Source: Candidatus Nanohalarchaeota archaeon (GTDB lineage: Archaea; Nanohalarchaeota; Nanosalinia; Nanosalinales; Nanosalinaceae). Taken from it: DNA of 64,000 nt. How positions within the stretch are numbered: the first letter of the stretch is position 1; each line of letters opens with the position of its first letter. A program made the translations under genes and the position numbers. This document shows, one piece after another, positions 48,702-57,927 of the stretch. The stretch is taken from the NCBI GenBank assembly GCA_022729235.1, contig JALDAJ010000001.1, positions 864,001 through 928,000 on the forward strand. Reading direction: 5' to 3'. Below the pieces are notes generated by a model. The model saw only the letters and a program-made list of their open reading frames with translations. It was not told where the DNA came from and made no database searches.

Positions 48702-49871
48702 TCAGCGGTGCTCTGTGCGTTTCTCGTGCTCCTTCCTGATGATGGTGTTGAGCTGGTTAAGTGCCTCATCAAGCGTGTCAAGTAACTCCCATCCTTCCTC
48801 ATCAACCGAGGTAACACCGTACTCGCTTACGAGCTGCATCTCAAGTTCCCAGCGGTGTTTCTTGCCATCTTTCTCCTTCTTCCTGACCCGGAGCTTGAGC
48901 TCTTCAGGTCTCTTCAGTTTTCTTCCTAGCGACCCTCTCAGCTGGTTTCTTATCTTGTTATGAAGCGCGGCTTTCTCTTCTGGCAGGTCTACCCCTGTCA
49001 GCTGGACAAGTATCGTCTGCTGTTCCGCAAGTTCTGCGAGGTGGTCAACAAGGTCTTTCAATGTGATTATTTCCTCTGGGTACCCGTCTTCGACAAAGAT
49101 TATCTCATCCTCGTCCTCTTCCTGCATCTTCTGGATAGCTTCCGTCCCAGTCATGTGCTCCTCGCTCGTGGAAACGCTGTTCTGCATCAGTTGATCGACC
49201 GTTATCTCGGACATCTTGTCCTTTTCCTTCCCGCCTGCGATGTTCACTTCTTCCGTACCTTCTCTCCTTCCTGAGGTCCCGCCAGCAGACTGGCGCTCTC
49301 TCTTGATCATCATCCTGAGAACGTCAACACTGTCGAGCTTCCCTGTTAACTCTCCATCATCAATAACGGGTAGACGGGAGATATTGTTGTCAAGCATGGC
49401 GTGTCGTGCCTGGTCAATAAGATCATCTTCTTCGACCATGACAACGTTGAAGTTTGCGAACCTGCTGGTGGAGACATCTCCTAGTTCTTCAACTTCTCCA
49501 AGGATTTCAAGAAACTCCTGGTCGCCGATGACCCCGGCAAGTTTGTCGCCGTTGAGTGAGACCAGCATCTTCCGGCCCGAGTTAATCCTCAGGTCTGAAA
49601 GCTCAACCAGGTTATCCCCGGTCTCGAACTCCGGCGGCTGGTGCATCATCTTTTCCGGCGCGGTTATCTCGGGGTTGAACTGTACAAATCTTACAAGCTC
49701 CCGGTAACCTACCGCGCCTGCGAAGTCTCCGTTCTCATCGACTACAGGAATAACTCTCAGCTCATGCTCCTCCATCCTGTTCTTTATCTGCGACACTGAC
49801 TCCTCAGTAGAGGCTGTCAATGGGTCGGTGTTCATGACTTCTTCTGCAGAAATCTCGAACGCGGACCTCAT
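48702..49871 (-). CDS. four-CBS-domain protein with C-terminal HPF/RaiA-like domain
   Basis: IPVVD..G, ISRLPVID.G repeats; C-terminal beta-alpha-beta3-alpha ending GWELLDTLDEALNQL. Confidence 0.8.
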   Translation of the reverse strand: MRSAFEISAEEVMNTDPLTASTEESVSQIKNRMEEHELRVIPVVDENGDFAGAVGYRELVRFVQFNPEITAPEKMMHQPPEFETGDNLVELSDLRINSGRKMLVSLNGDKLAGVIGDQEFLEILGEVEELGDVSTSRFANFNVVMVEEDDLIDQARHAMLDNNISRLPVIDDGELTGKLDSVDVLRMMIKRERQSAGGTSGRREGTEEVNIAGGKEKDKMSEITVDQLMQNSVSTSEEHMTGTEAIQKMQEEDEDEIIFVEDGYPEEIITLKDLVDHLAELAEQQTILVQLTGVDLPEEKAALHNKIRNQLRGSLGRKLKRPEELKLRVRKKEKDGKKHRWELEMQLVSEYGVTSVDEEGWELLDTLDEALNQLNTIIRKEHEKRTEHR

Positions 49872-49874
49872 ACC

Positions 49875-50384
49875 TTAATTTCCTCCGTTAACCAGGTACT
49901 TGTCGGCTTTATCATCCATGTCTATGAAATTATCCGCTGCTTCCCTTAACTCTTTGGCGCTTGACCGGCCGAAGCTCATGACTTCAACACGGCATCCGCG
50001 AGCCTTGAGGTGGTCGACAAGTGAGGCAAAATCCCCGTCACCTGTAACCAGGACCACGGTGTCAAGCTTCTGAGCCTGTTCTATCATGTCGATAGTCATT
50101 CCAAGGTCCCAGTCACCCTTCTTCTGTCCGCCGTAGAACTCCTTGAGTTCCTTGATCTTGACCTCATAACCTATCCTTCGGAGAGCTTCAAAGAAATCCT
50201 CCTCGTCAGGCGTATCAGCCTTGATAACGTAGGCACTTGCTCTTATGAGCTTGCGGTTCATCACCGCTGAGTCAAGCAGTTTTGAGAAATCTACTTTTGC
50301 ATCGTAAAGGTTTTTTGCGCTGTAGTACATGTTTTGGACGTCGACGTATACGCCGACTCTCTGATCTTTATGTATATCTGACAT
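49875..50384 (-). CDS. NYN domain protein (LabA/DUF88)
   Basis: VYVDVQN, KGDWD, VTGDGDF, EL..AAD.F. Confidence 0.92.
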   Translation of the reverse strand: MSDIHKDQRVGVYVDVQNMYYSAKNLYDAKVDFSKLLDSAVMNRKLIRASAYVIKADTPDEEDFFEALRRIGYEVKIKELKEFYGGQKKGDWDLGMTIDMIEQAQKLDTVVLVTGDGDFASLVDHLKARGCRVEVMSFGRSSAKELREAADNFIDMDDKADKYLVNGGN

Positions 50385-50509
50385 CTTTTTCACCAAAAGA
50401 AAAGCCGAACTGTAATCGACTTTATACATGTACGAAACCGGGGAACACACTTAAAAGCGTACCCTATCGCTCAAAGAGTTTTTAACAACTTTTATGTGGT
50501 AAAGTGTAT

Positions 50510-50851
50510 ATGAACGAGGATGGACTTACGCGGAGGGAAGTTTTTACTGCAATCGTCGCTCCTGTAGCCGCTATAGGCTCAGGTTGTTTAGAAGAGGAGT
50601 GGGAGGAAACAAGGCTGGAACTAGAAGAAGATAATAGTTCTCACAGTGAAACAGTTAACGATACTGAATACAATTTTACCTATAGTAACTTAGATGATTA
50701 CAGTTTAGAAATCACAGTTTATGCAAATGGAACAGAATTCTTTAATGACGAAATATTCTCTAATGAGATCATTTATCCAGGAGGTAGTGAAGAAGTACGT
50801 ATTCAGTACGATTCTGAGGACGGAGCACTGTACATAGAAACACGAAGTTGA
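50510..50851 (+). CDS. Tat-exported lipoprotein
   Basis: TRREVF twin-arginine motif, GSGC lipobox, several N-x-S/T sequons. Confidence 0.75.
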   Translation: MNEDGLTRREVFTAIVAPVAAIGSGCLEEEWEETRLELEEDNSSHSETVNDTEYNFTYSNLDDYSLEITVYANGTEFFNDEIFSNEIIYPGGSEEVRIQYDSEDGALYIETRS

Positions 50852-50853
50852 AC

Positions 50854-51762
50854 TTATGTTCTGCGCCTAAACCACTCCATGATAGCTCCGGTCACACCCT
50901 GTCTGATGAAGTAGAACATGGAGACGTACATGACTGCCTCTCCCGACATCTGTGAGGCGATGAAGAGCGCGATCGCGATTCCTTTCGAGCCGGAGGCGAA
51001 CCCTAGGGCGCGGGCTTCCGGTTCCATGAATCCTGATACACGGGACAGGAAGTAACCAGCACCGAAAGTGAAAAGGACGAACCCTGCCATCAATGCCGCG
51101 CCAAGTCCGATATTTTGGAGAAAAGCGAGTCCGTGTGTGTTGTATACCAGCCGGAACTGGACGAGCATAACAAGTATTATCAGCCAGAGACCAACTTTGG
51201 AGAAGTGGTGCCTGAGGTCATCAAACAGGACGTTCTCGAACCTCTGGGCGAAAATACCCAGTGCGAGCGGTCCTGCCAGGAAGAGAAGGTTATCAACCGC
51301 GATTTCTGTGACGTCAAGCCCTATATCGAATCCTGTCAGTAGTAAAGGGATTAGCAGGAAAGCGAGTAAAAGAGATGTTCCGCCGACTATCAGCGCAAGC
51401 TCTCCCTTACCCTTGCTCAGGTTGGAGAATACTACAGGCGAGCCCATCGCCGCGGATGAAACACCTATAGCGATGAATGCCTGTCCCAGGGCTCCGCCCA
51501 CCATGTGGTAGACGCCGAACGCGGTTAGCGGGGCGAGGATGAACACAACAGCCCACCCCAGGGCGACCTCTCTCTTGTGGTGCGCACACTTCTTCATGCT
51601 ATCTATGTCCAGGTGAAGTCCTATCAGGAAGAAAAGTACAGATATCAGCGCGGTAAATAGTGCGTTAGACACGATGCTGCCGGAGACGTAGTATGCAACA
51701 GCTCCCGCCACAACTACTATGCCGAGGAACTCAAGATCCAGCTTTATCCCGTGTGTGGGCAT
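50854..51762 (-). CDS. bile acid:sodium symporter family transporter
   Basis: About 9-10 TM helices; FF.IGL, P...F, KG...LA, RAL.F..G.K. Confidence 0.8.
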   Translation of the reverse strand: MPTHGIKLDLEFLGIVVVAGAVAYYVSGSIVSNALFTALISVLFFLIGLHLDIDSMKKCAHHKREVALGWAVVFILAPLTAFGVYHMVGGALGQAFIAIGVSSAAMGSPVVFSNLSKGKGELALIVGGTSLLLAFLLIPLLLTGFDIGLDVTEIAVDNLLFLAGPLALGIFAQRFENVLFDDLRHHFSKVGLWLIILVMLVQFRLVYNTHGLAFLQNIGLGAALMAGFVLFTFGAGYFLSRVSGFMEPEARALGFASGSKGIAIALFIASQMSGEAVMYVSMFYFIRQGVTGAIMEWFRRRT

Positions 51763-51854
51763 AGAGAATCCTTGCCCTCACCTGTTTATTATAGTTAGCA
51801 GACAGATCAAGGTGATGTCTGTGCAGTCAAAAAACAGGTATTTTAGACAATATA

Positions 51855-51901
51855 TTTGATTTAAAACCTGTAAACCGGTGTATCTTTTCATTTAAATCAA
51901 A
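51855..51901. promoter_or_regulatory. 11-bp perfect inverted repeat in a divergent promoter region
   Basis: TTTGATTTAAA-N25-TTTAAATCAAA. Confidence 0.45.
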
Positions 51902-51933
51902 CTAATCTTTTTTACCAACTGAAAGGTGATATA

Positions 51934-52290
51934 ATGAATGGAAATTCGGATAAAACACATAGACGCCCGGAAAACCGTGTAAGTGAAATATTTGATGCGC
52001 TTTCATCAGGGACACGTAGACATACACTTGACTACCTTAGAGACTGGGAACAGAGCATTCACAGGGCAGATATAGCACGGCAGATAGAAGACAGGTTGAA
52101 AGAAGATGTTGAAGAAATCAATGTGCGTCTCGGACACGTACACCTCCCGATGCTGGATGACATAGGTGCCGTCGACTATGATAGAGACATGGAAGACGCC
52201 CGATACCAGGGCGACGACCTTATCGAAGAGGCGCTAGACATCGCTCTCCAGCTTGAAGAACAGGTTGGTGACAGGACAGACTATCTTTGA
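51934..52290 (+). CDS. haloarchaeal-type winged-helix protein (DUF7344-like)
   Basis: FDALS..RR..L..L and L.H.HLP.L...G.V.YD. Confidence 0.85.
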   Translation: MNGNSDKTHRRPENRVSEIFDALSSGTRRHTLDYLRDWEQSIHRADIARQIEDRLKEDVEEINVRLGHVHLPMLDDIGAVDYDRDMEDARYQGDDLIEEALDIALQLEEQVGDRTDYL

Positions 52291-52346
52291 TGTAGCCCTG
52301 CACCAGGAAAACATTAATAAGTGCTACCAAGTAATAACAACATATT

Positions 52347-53603
52347 ATGACTGAAGAACGTACTAGTTCACGGAGACATTTTATGAAAACAGCTGCTGGT
52401 GCAGCAGCACTTCTAGCAGGATGTAATACGTCCGGAGATACAGAGACACAGAGTGAATCAGACGACGTAGATATGGATGGAGTCAACGAGAACCTGGACC
52501 CCCAAGAAGACGGGCAGCATGAAGAACTAGCAGATACTGAAACTGTTGAAGATGCTATCGAGGAATACAGTGAACATGTTTCAGATAACTACGATGGAAT
52601 TGAAGGAAAAGAACTGGTAAGTCTTACTGATACAGGATCCTATAACAGGCAGTCACTGAAAGTAGATGTCAAGCTGGATGAAGTGTTTGATGCAGCAGAC
52701 ATTGACATCGATGAGCTGAACGCCTACGAGATTCTGAAATCGAGAGACATGGATCACTTCGCTGATCACGTGGGATCCACGATTAGAGAGGACTTCATAG
52801 ATCCGCTTCTGGATATTACAGGCGAATATGCGAGCACTGAGCATGATAATGACGAAGGATATGCGTTCTTTTCGCTTAGAATGCACTCCGCTGACGACAC
52901 GGAGTTCGGACTTACGGTTAACGCCGATACCCTTGATGAGGTAAGCAACGAACTGGAACAGGCTGAAAACGAAAACTCGGTGGTAGAAGACCTTGTTCAG
53001 GAACACACGGGCGCCACAGCACCCAAAGAAATGCGTGATGGCAGAATATTCATCCCTGAGGGTATGAGGAGAACAGTGGAAATCAACGGAGCGGAGACTG
53101 AGATATACATTGAGGATGTGACCAGAGACGATAATGGAACCGGATGGGCGTACGTGGATATCAATAATCGAGGGGAAGATGACGATGGTCATATACTTAC
53201 GGCCGAGGGCAGCAACCGTCTCGTTGGATGCAGCTGGCTGGAGAAAGACGAGGTCTCTATCAACCCAGATCCTTACAGCGACGGTGTCTGGTTCGAACTG
53301 GACCAGGACTCTTTAAGCGAGTACCACGGCGAGTGCGCCTGCGACCCCAAGAACGATCATCTGGCGACAGGTCAAGAGGAGACCTATACCGTGGGACACC
53401 AGGAAACGACCGCTGAAGTCGTCGCGGTCGATGAAAGCGATGAGGCGTTAATAAGGATAGACGGCGAACTTGCCTATATCGAGGAGGGAGAAACGTATAA
53501 CACTGATAACGGCTTCAGCTACAGGGCAGAAAATATATTCGACATGGAGCACGAAGAAGGAGTCGTAGAGCTCGCCGTCGCCGAGGACGAGTGCTACGAG
53601 TAA
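52347..53603 (+). CDS. Tat-exported acidic lipoprotein
   Basis: SRRHFMK and LAGC lipobox; repeated beta-rich C-terminal modules. Confidence 0.82.
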   Translation: MTEERTSSRRHFMKTAAGAAALLAGCNTSGDTETQSESDDVDMDGVNENLDPQEDGQHEELADTETVEDAIEEYSEHVSDNYDGIEGKELVSLTDTGSYNRQSLKVDVKLDEVFDAADIDIDELNAYEILKSRDMDHFADHVGSTIREDFIDPLLDITGEYASTEHDNDEGYAFFSLRMHSADDTEFGLTVNADTLDEVSNELEQAENENSVVEDLVQEHTGATAPKEMRDGRIFIPEGMRRTVEINGAETEIYIEDVTRDDNGTGWAYVDINNRGEDDDGHILTAEGSNRLVGCSWLEKDEVSINPDPYSDGVWFELDQDSLSEYHGECACDPKNDHLATGQEETYTVGHQETTAEVVAVDESDEALIRIDGELAYIEEGETYNTDNGFSYRAENIFDMEHEEGVVELAVAEDECYE

Positions 53604-53616
53604 ATCTCTCTCGTTC

Positions 53617-54459
53617 TTAGTCCCTCAACTCTCTTATCTTCTCTATATTCTCTTTATAGCTCTTCCCGTCGCTTGTAGGCGTTTCAAGCATCATGGGTAG
53701 GTCTTCAAACTGTTCCGCGTTGATAACGTTCCTGAACCCTTTTTCTCCTATATTACCTTCTCCGATATGTTCGTGGTTGTCTTTTTCACTGCCCTTTTCA
53801 TCCTTTGAATCGTTGAGGTGCAGGACCTTCACCCGTTCAAGTCCGATGTCCTCCTCGATTTCCTGCAACATGTCCCGGAAACCTTTCTCCTCCCTGAGTT
53901 CATAACCGGCGGCGTGGGCGTGGCAGGTGTCGATGCAGACACCGATTTTTTCATCCGGTGTGTCCGCGGAGTCTATCATCTCCCGTAGTTCTCCGAACGT
54001 TTTTCCGAGCGTTGTACCCTTTCCGGCAGTGTTCTCAAGCAGAAGCGTGACGCTTTCCGGGATGTCAAGGGAGTCGATACCTTCCGCGATACGTTCGATA
54101 CCGTTTTCGCGACCACTCCCCGTGTGTGCGCCAGGGTGGAAAACAATGTATTTGACGCCAAGTTTTTCAGCAGCGTCCAGTTCGTCCTGGAGGCAGTTAA
54201 CTGACTTCTCGAACAGGTCGTCTTTCGGTGTTGCCAGGTTGACGAGGTATGTCGAGTGGATTACATATGGCTTCTGATCATTATCCGCCATGAGTTCCTG
54301 GAAATTTTCGCCTTCTTCATCGCTGTATTCCGCGACTTTCCAGCCCCGCGGACTCCCTGCGAATATCTGTCCGCAGTTACCGCCGACTTCTTTCTGTCTT
54401 TCGATTGCTTTTTCAACTCCACCAGAAACCGAAACGTGTGCACCTACTCTGAAAGTCAT
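53617..54459 (-). CDS. nfo: endonuclease IV
   Basis: GAHVS, H..YL.NL, FHPG, ENTAG, DTCH, HLNDS, D.H..IG.G. Confidence 0.96.
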   Translation of the reverse strand: MTFRVGAHVSVSGGVEKAIERQKEVGGNCGQIFAGSPRGWKVAEYSDEEGENFQELMADNDQKPYVIHSTYLVNLATPKDDLFEKSVNCLQDELDAAEKLGVKYIVFHPGAHTGSGRENGIERIAEGIDSLDIPESVTLLLENTAGKGTTLGKTFGELREMIDSADTPDEKIGVCIDTCHAHAAGYELREEKGFRDMLQEIEEDIGLERVKVLHLNDSKDEKGSEKDNHEHIGEGNIGEKGFRNVINAEQFEDLPMMLETPTSDGKSYKENIEKIRELRD

Positions 54460-54596
54460 GGAACTGTTTTGGACAGGAGCTTCAAAAACTGTTTTGGTGA
54501 CCTACTTCTCGACTATATCTCCCCTGATATTCTCGTCAATGTCTGTAGTTCAGGGGAATCGAAAGAAATTAAATTTCTGCCTGAATTTCCTAGTTT

Positions 54597-55511
54597 ATGG
54601 TTTTGATATCTGATTTTATTTTATTTGCTATTTTAGCTTCTGTTTTCTGGGCTGTTTCACTTGTAATTAAAAAAGACGTTATATCTAACAGAATCGATAG
54701 TTCAGTAACAGTTGCCTTAATCGCCGGTGTAACCAGTTTTCTCGTCTCTCTTTCGCTGCTTTTAACCGGTAATATAGCGTTTCCAAGTCTCTACTTGTTT
54801 GGAGTTCTAGTATTCAGTGGCGTACTATATATGGGAGGTGTACTTGGATTGTTTGAGGCTATGAAAATAGGAGAGGTTTCACGTCTTTCTTCCATGACAA
54901 AACTTTCCTCCGTTTTTACCCTTGTTCTCGCCACAATTTTTCTGAACGAATACTTTACTCTTCAGAAATATGCAGGCATCACGATGATTATCGGAGGTGC
55001 CGTGATGGTATCTTCAGAGGATTTTGGCCGTGAGTTCTTTGATTTGAAGGCTAATCGTGCTTTCTGGACGATGTTTGTCTCCATGTTTTCTATCGGAGCC
55101 AGCTGGGTTGTCATGAAGTATGCTACTGAACTATCCAGTTACTGGAACGTGTTTTTCTGGTCCCGGCTCGGTGTTGCCATGACTGCGCTATTAGTGCTTT
55201 TGTATCCTCCTGTACGTTCACCGGTCTTTGGAGTTATCAGAAATTTCCGGGTTAAGAGACCTGACTTCATAGCAGTAGCCGAGGTTGCGAACACGTCAGG
55301 AGTCTTCCTGAACACTTTGGCATTAAGCCTAGGACCTGTTTCTCTAGTAGCGGCTGCATCTTCTACAACACCGCTGTTTGTATTATCAATTGTCATACTT
55401 CTGACTTTGATTAAGAAAAAAAGTTTCAGGGATGACATAGGTAGGAAACCGTTTCTGATGAAGATTTCTGCTGCTACCATGGTAGTTATCGGTATTTATC
55501 TGATAAGCTAA
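54597..55511 (+). CDS. EamA/DMT family transporter
   Basis: About 10 TM helices in two repeats; LATIFLNE. Confidence 0.9.
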   Translation: MVLISDFILFAILASVFWAVSLVIKKDVISNRIDSSVTVALIAGVTSFLVSLSLLLTGNIAFPSLYLFGVLVFSGVLYMGGVLGLFEAMKIGEVSRLSSMTKLSSVFTLVLATIFLNEYFTLQKYAGITMIIGGAVMVSSEDFGREFFDLKANRAFWTMFVSMFSIGASWVVMKYATELSSYWNVFFWSRLGVAMTALLVLLYPPVRSPVFGVIRNFRVKRPDFIAVAEVANTSGVFLNTLALSLGPVSLVAAASSTTPLFVLSIVILLTLIKKKSFRDDIGRKPFLMKISAATMVVIGIYLIS

Positions 55512-55542
55512 TAACGCAGGGGAAAAAATAAGGGGGTGATAG

Positions 55543-55698
55543 TTAATGAGTGTCCTCGATGCCCTGACGGATCTCGTCTTCTTCCAGCTCCATTTCGTGT
55601 TCTTCGCGGGCATGGCTCTGTACTATGTCAACGAGTTCGTTTTCTCTATCAGCCACAGGTTCCGCACCGCACACAGGGCAGGTGAATGCTACTGCCAT
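55543..55698 (-). CDS. small Zn-binding protein (DUF1059-like)
   Basis: Manual translation MAVAFTCPVCGAEPVADRENELVDIVQSHAREEHEMELEEDEIRQGIEDTH; GAGGTG RBS; not in ORF track. Confidence 0.8.
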   Translation of the reverse strand: MAVAFTCPVCGAEPVADRENELVDIVQSHAREEHEMELEEDEIRQGIEDTH

Positions 55699-55765
55699 TT
55701 TCAACACCTCTCACTGTAGAGTCAAGCTCGTTTAAAATAAGCACTGCTATAGAGGACTGTATCAT

Positions 55766-56326
55766 TCACGTGTCGTGGTCCTGGTAAGGCTCCCCATACT
55801 TGTCGCTGAGCAGGTTGACCGCTGCCTTTGTTCCGTCTCCCATCGCGAACGCGGTCTGATAAACCCAGTAACGGATCAGTCCTGCAGCGTAGAGACCGCC
55901 CATGACCTTGTTGTCCTCATCTGTGACGATGTGCCTGTCCATCCAGTACGGACCTTCCTTACTCTCTTCAAACTCCACGTCAAGAGGCTTAAGGTAGTCA
56001 GTCATACCCGCACTTGCCAGGACAACGTACTCAGCCTCATATTCATTTTCTTCAGCAGTCACTAGAAAGCCGTTATCCGTCTTCTCCAGTTTCTCGACCT
56101 TTTCCTCACGGAACTCGCCATTGAAATCCTCCAGTTTTTCTCTTCCGTTCCTGAGAAGCTCCTGTCCAGCGATATAGTCATGACCGACCAGGTTCTGGAT
56201 GTTGGAAGTGTTGTAGACCAGACTCTCATCGGAGTCAAGAACAAGTGTGTCCTCGCCGGCTTTTGCAGTGTAGACAGCAGCCTGTAACCCGGCGATACCG
56301 CCACCGATAACGACTACATCTTTCAT
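55766..56326 (-). CDS. short thioredoxin-reductase-like flavoprotein
   Basis: GGGIAG, LASAG, GLYAAG, Q..A.GDG..AA; no NADPH domain. Confidence 0.85.
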   Translation of the reverse strand: MKDVVVIGGGIAGLQAAVYTAKAGEDTLVLDSDESLVYNTSNIQNLVGHDYIAGQELLRNGREKLEDFNGEFREEKVEKLEKTDNGFLVTAEENEYEAEYVVLASAGMTDYLKPLDVEFEESKEGPYWMDRHIVTDEDNKVMGGLYAAGLIRYWVYQTAFAMGDGTKAAVNLLSDKYGEPYQDHDT

Positions 56327-56374
56327 ACAAAGTAATAGAGATAGAAAAAATAAGAAATGAAGGGCTGTATAGCC

Positions 56375-56977
56375 CTAATGTATTTCGACTATGTCCTGGT
56401 AGCGCTCCTGTACGCTTGACCAGTCGACTACGTCGAAGAAGTTGTCGATGAAGTCTCCGCGGTCAGGTCCGTAGTCGTGGTAGTAGCTGTGCTCCCAGAC
56501 GTCGAGCGCGAGTACCGGGTGTGCGCCCCAGACTGCTCCCTGGTCGTGCTTGTCGACGACCACGTTGTGCAGCTCGTCGCTGTACGGTATGTAGACGAGT
56601 AGCGCCCAGCCTCCTGCAGCCTTCGCAGCTTCTACAAACTCCTGTTTCCAGTTCTCGTAGGAGCCGAACTCTTCCTCGATACGTTCCCTGAGCTCGCCTT
56701 CAGGCTCTCCTCCACCACTTGCGGACATGGAGTTCCAGAACACGTCGTGCAGGATGTTCCCACAGAAGTTGTGCGTGAAACTTCTCAGGATAGAGCCGGT
56801 CCCGGAGAAGTCGCCTGACTCCCGCTGGTTTTCCAGGTCTTCCTCCGCCTGGTTCCACCCGTTGACGTACCCCTGGTGGTGTGTCTTGTGGTGCCAGTTT
56901 ACTACCTGTTCGGATATCGCAGGTTCGAGAGCGTCTTCATCGTATGGAAGTTCTATAAGTCTTTGTTGTTCTGTCAT
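56375..56977 (-). CDS. sod: Fe/Mn superoxide dismutase
   Basis: LPY..ALEP, HH..HH..YV, LH..FW, DVWEHSYY. Confidence 0.97.
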   Translation of the reverse strand: MTEQQRLIELPYDEDALEPAISEQVVNWHHKTHHQGYVNGWNQAEEDLENQRESGDFSGTGSILRSFTHNFCGNILHDVFWNSMSASGGGEPEGELRERIEEEFGSYENWKQEFVEAAKAAGGWALLVYIPYSDELHNVVVDKHDQGAVWGAHPVLALDVWEHSYYHDYGPDRGDFIDNFFDVVDWSSVQERYQDIVEIH

Positions 56978-57095
56978 TGTAGAATTCACCTTAAAATGTA
57001 ATGCGGGAGCTACGTTAAACTGTTTTTGGAGTCTTCTCTGGATAGAAATAAAAATAGAAAGAAATGTGGTGGTAAACCCTTAAGGAGGCTCAGGT

Positions 57096-57776
57096 TTACT
57101 CTTCTTCGGTTTCTTCCTCAGTTTGCTCTCCGAGTTCCTCTTCCAGTTCTTCTTCATCTATCTCTGGCTGCTGCATCCCCTGTTCCTGCATCATTTCCAT
57201 CTGCTGGATAGCCTGGTCAATATTCTCTCCCTGAGGGAATAGGATTTCTCCATCCGGTGAAACGTACATCTCTACGGTCTGGGTATCTATCTCTCCTTCC
57301 ATCGTCTGTCCCTCCATCGATATCTCTGCCAGCCACATACCGTTTCTCTCGGTAACTGCCTCTACCTGTACATCTTCAAGCTGATCCATTCCTGAAGCAG
57401 CATCCGCATACGCCTGTACTGATTCCTCTACATCACCGGGCGCCACCTCCGTATCCACACCATCTAATCCTGGAACGGACACGAAACTGGCGGCTACAAG
57501 ACCTGCAACAAGTCCTAGAACTAGACCTCCAACGAGGGCAGAACTAGGTGAGATCGAGCTGAGAAACATTTCGTCGACAGCTTCTTCTGCTCCTTCTTCC
57601 TTCATCTCTTCCTCAAGCCTTTTCTCGAGCCACTGCCTGACCGTTTTCCTATTCTTTCCTTCTGCTTCTGCCTCTAGAAGCCTCTCATAATCAGGATCTT
57701 CCAGCTCAAGGATCTCGTTTTTAGCCTCCTCTACAGTACCACTGAGAATGTCCTCGTAACTATCGTTATCAGCCAT
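57096..57776 (-). CDS. single-pass membrane protein
   Basis: Central TM helix, YVSPDG..LF motif, acidic tail. Confidence 0.75.
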   Translation of the reverse strand: MADNDSYEDILSGTVEEAKNEILELEDPDYERLLEAEAEGKNRKTVRQWLEKRLEEEMKEEGAEEAVDEMFLSSISPSSALVGGLVLGLVAGLVAASFVSVPGLDGVDTEVAPGDVEESVQAYADAASGMDQLEDVQVEAVTERNGMWLAEISMEGQTMEGEIDTQTVEMYVSPDGEILFPQGENIDQAIQQMEMMQEQGMQQPEIDEEELEEELGEQTEEETEEE

Positions 57777-57854
57777 GTTTCTACTTACTAGAAAGAATCT
57801 TTTAAAAACACCTGTGGACACACATGAGAAGAGACACTGAACGGAAAGGAGAGT

Positions 57855-57927
57855 TGGGGTGGGAGGGATTTGAGTCGAAGAAACAAGTTCTTCTCAATCA
57901 AATCGCTCCTGGAGCATATCTCTGATA
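57855..57927. repeat. exact 19-bp duplicate of the tRNA-Trp 3' end plus hairpin-rich spacer
   Basis: TGGGGTGGGAGGGATTTGA at 57855-57873 and 57928-57946. Confidence 0.85.

Noticed and set aside
55543-55698. RNA polymerase subunit Rpo12
   Set aside because: Has CxxC plus HxxxxH and an acidic tail, not two CxxC motifs with a basic tail.
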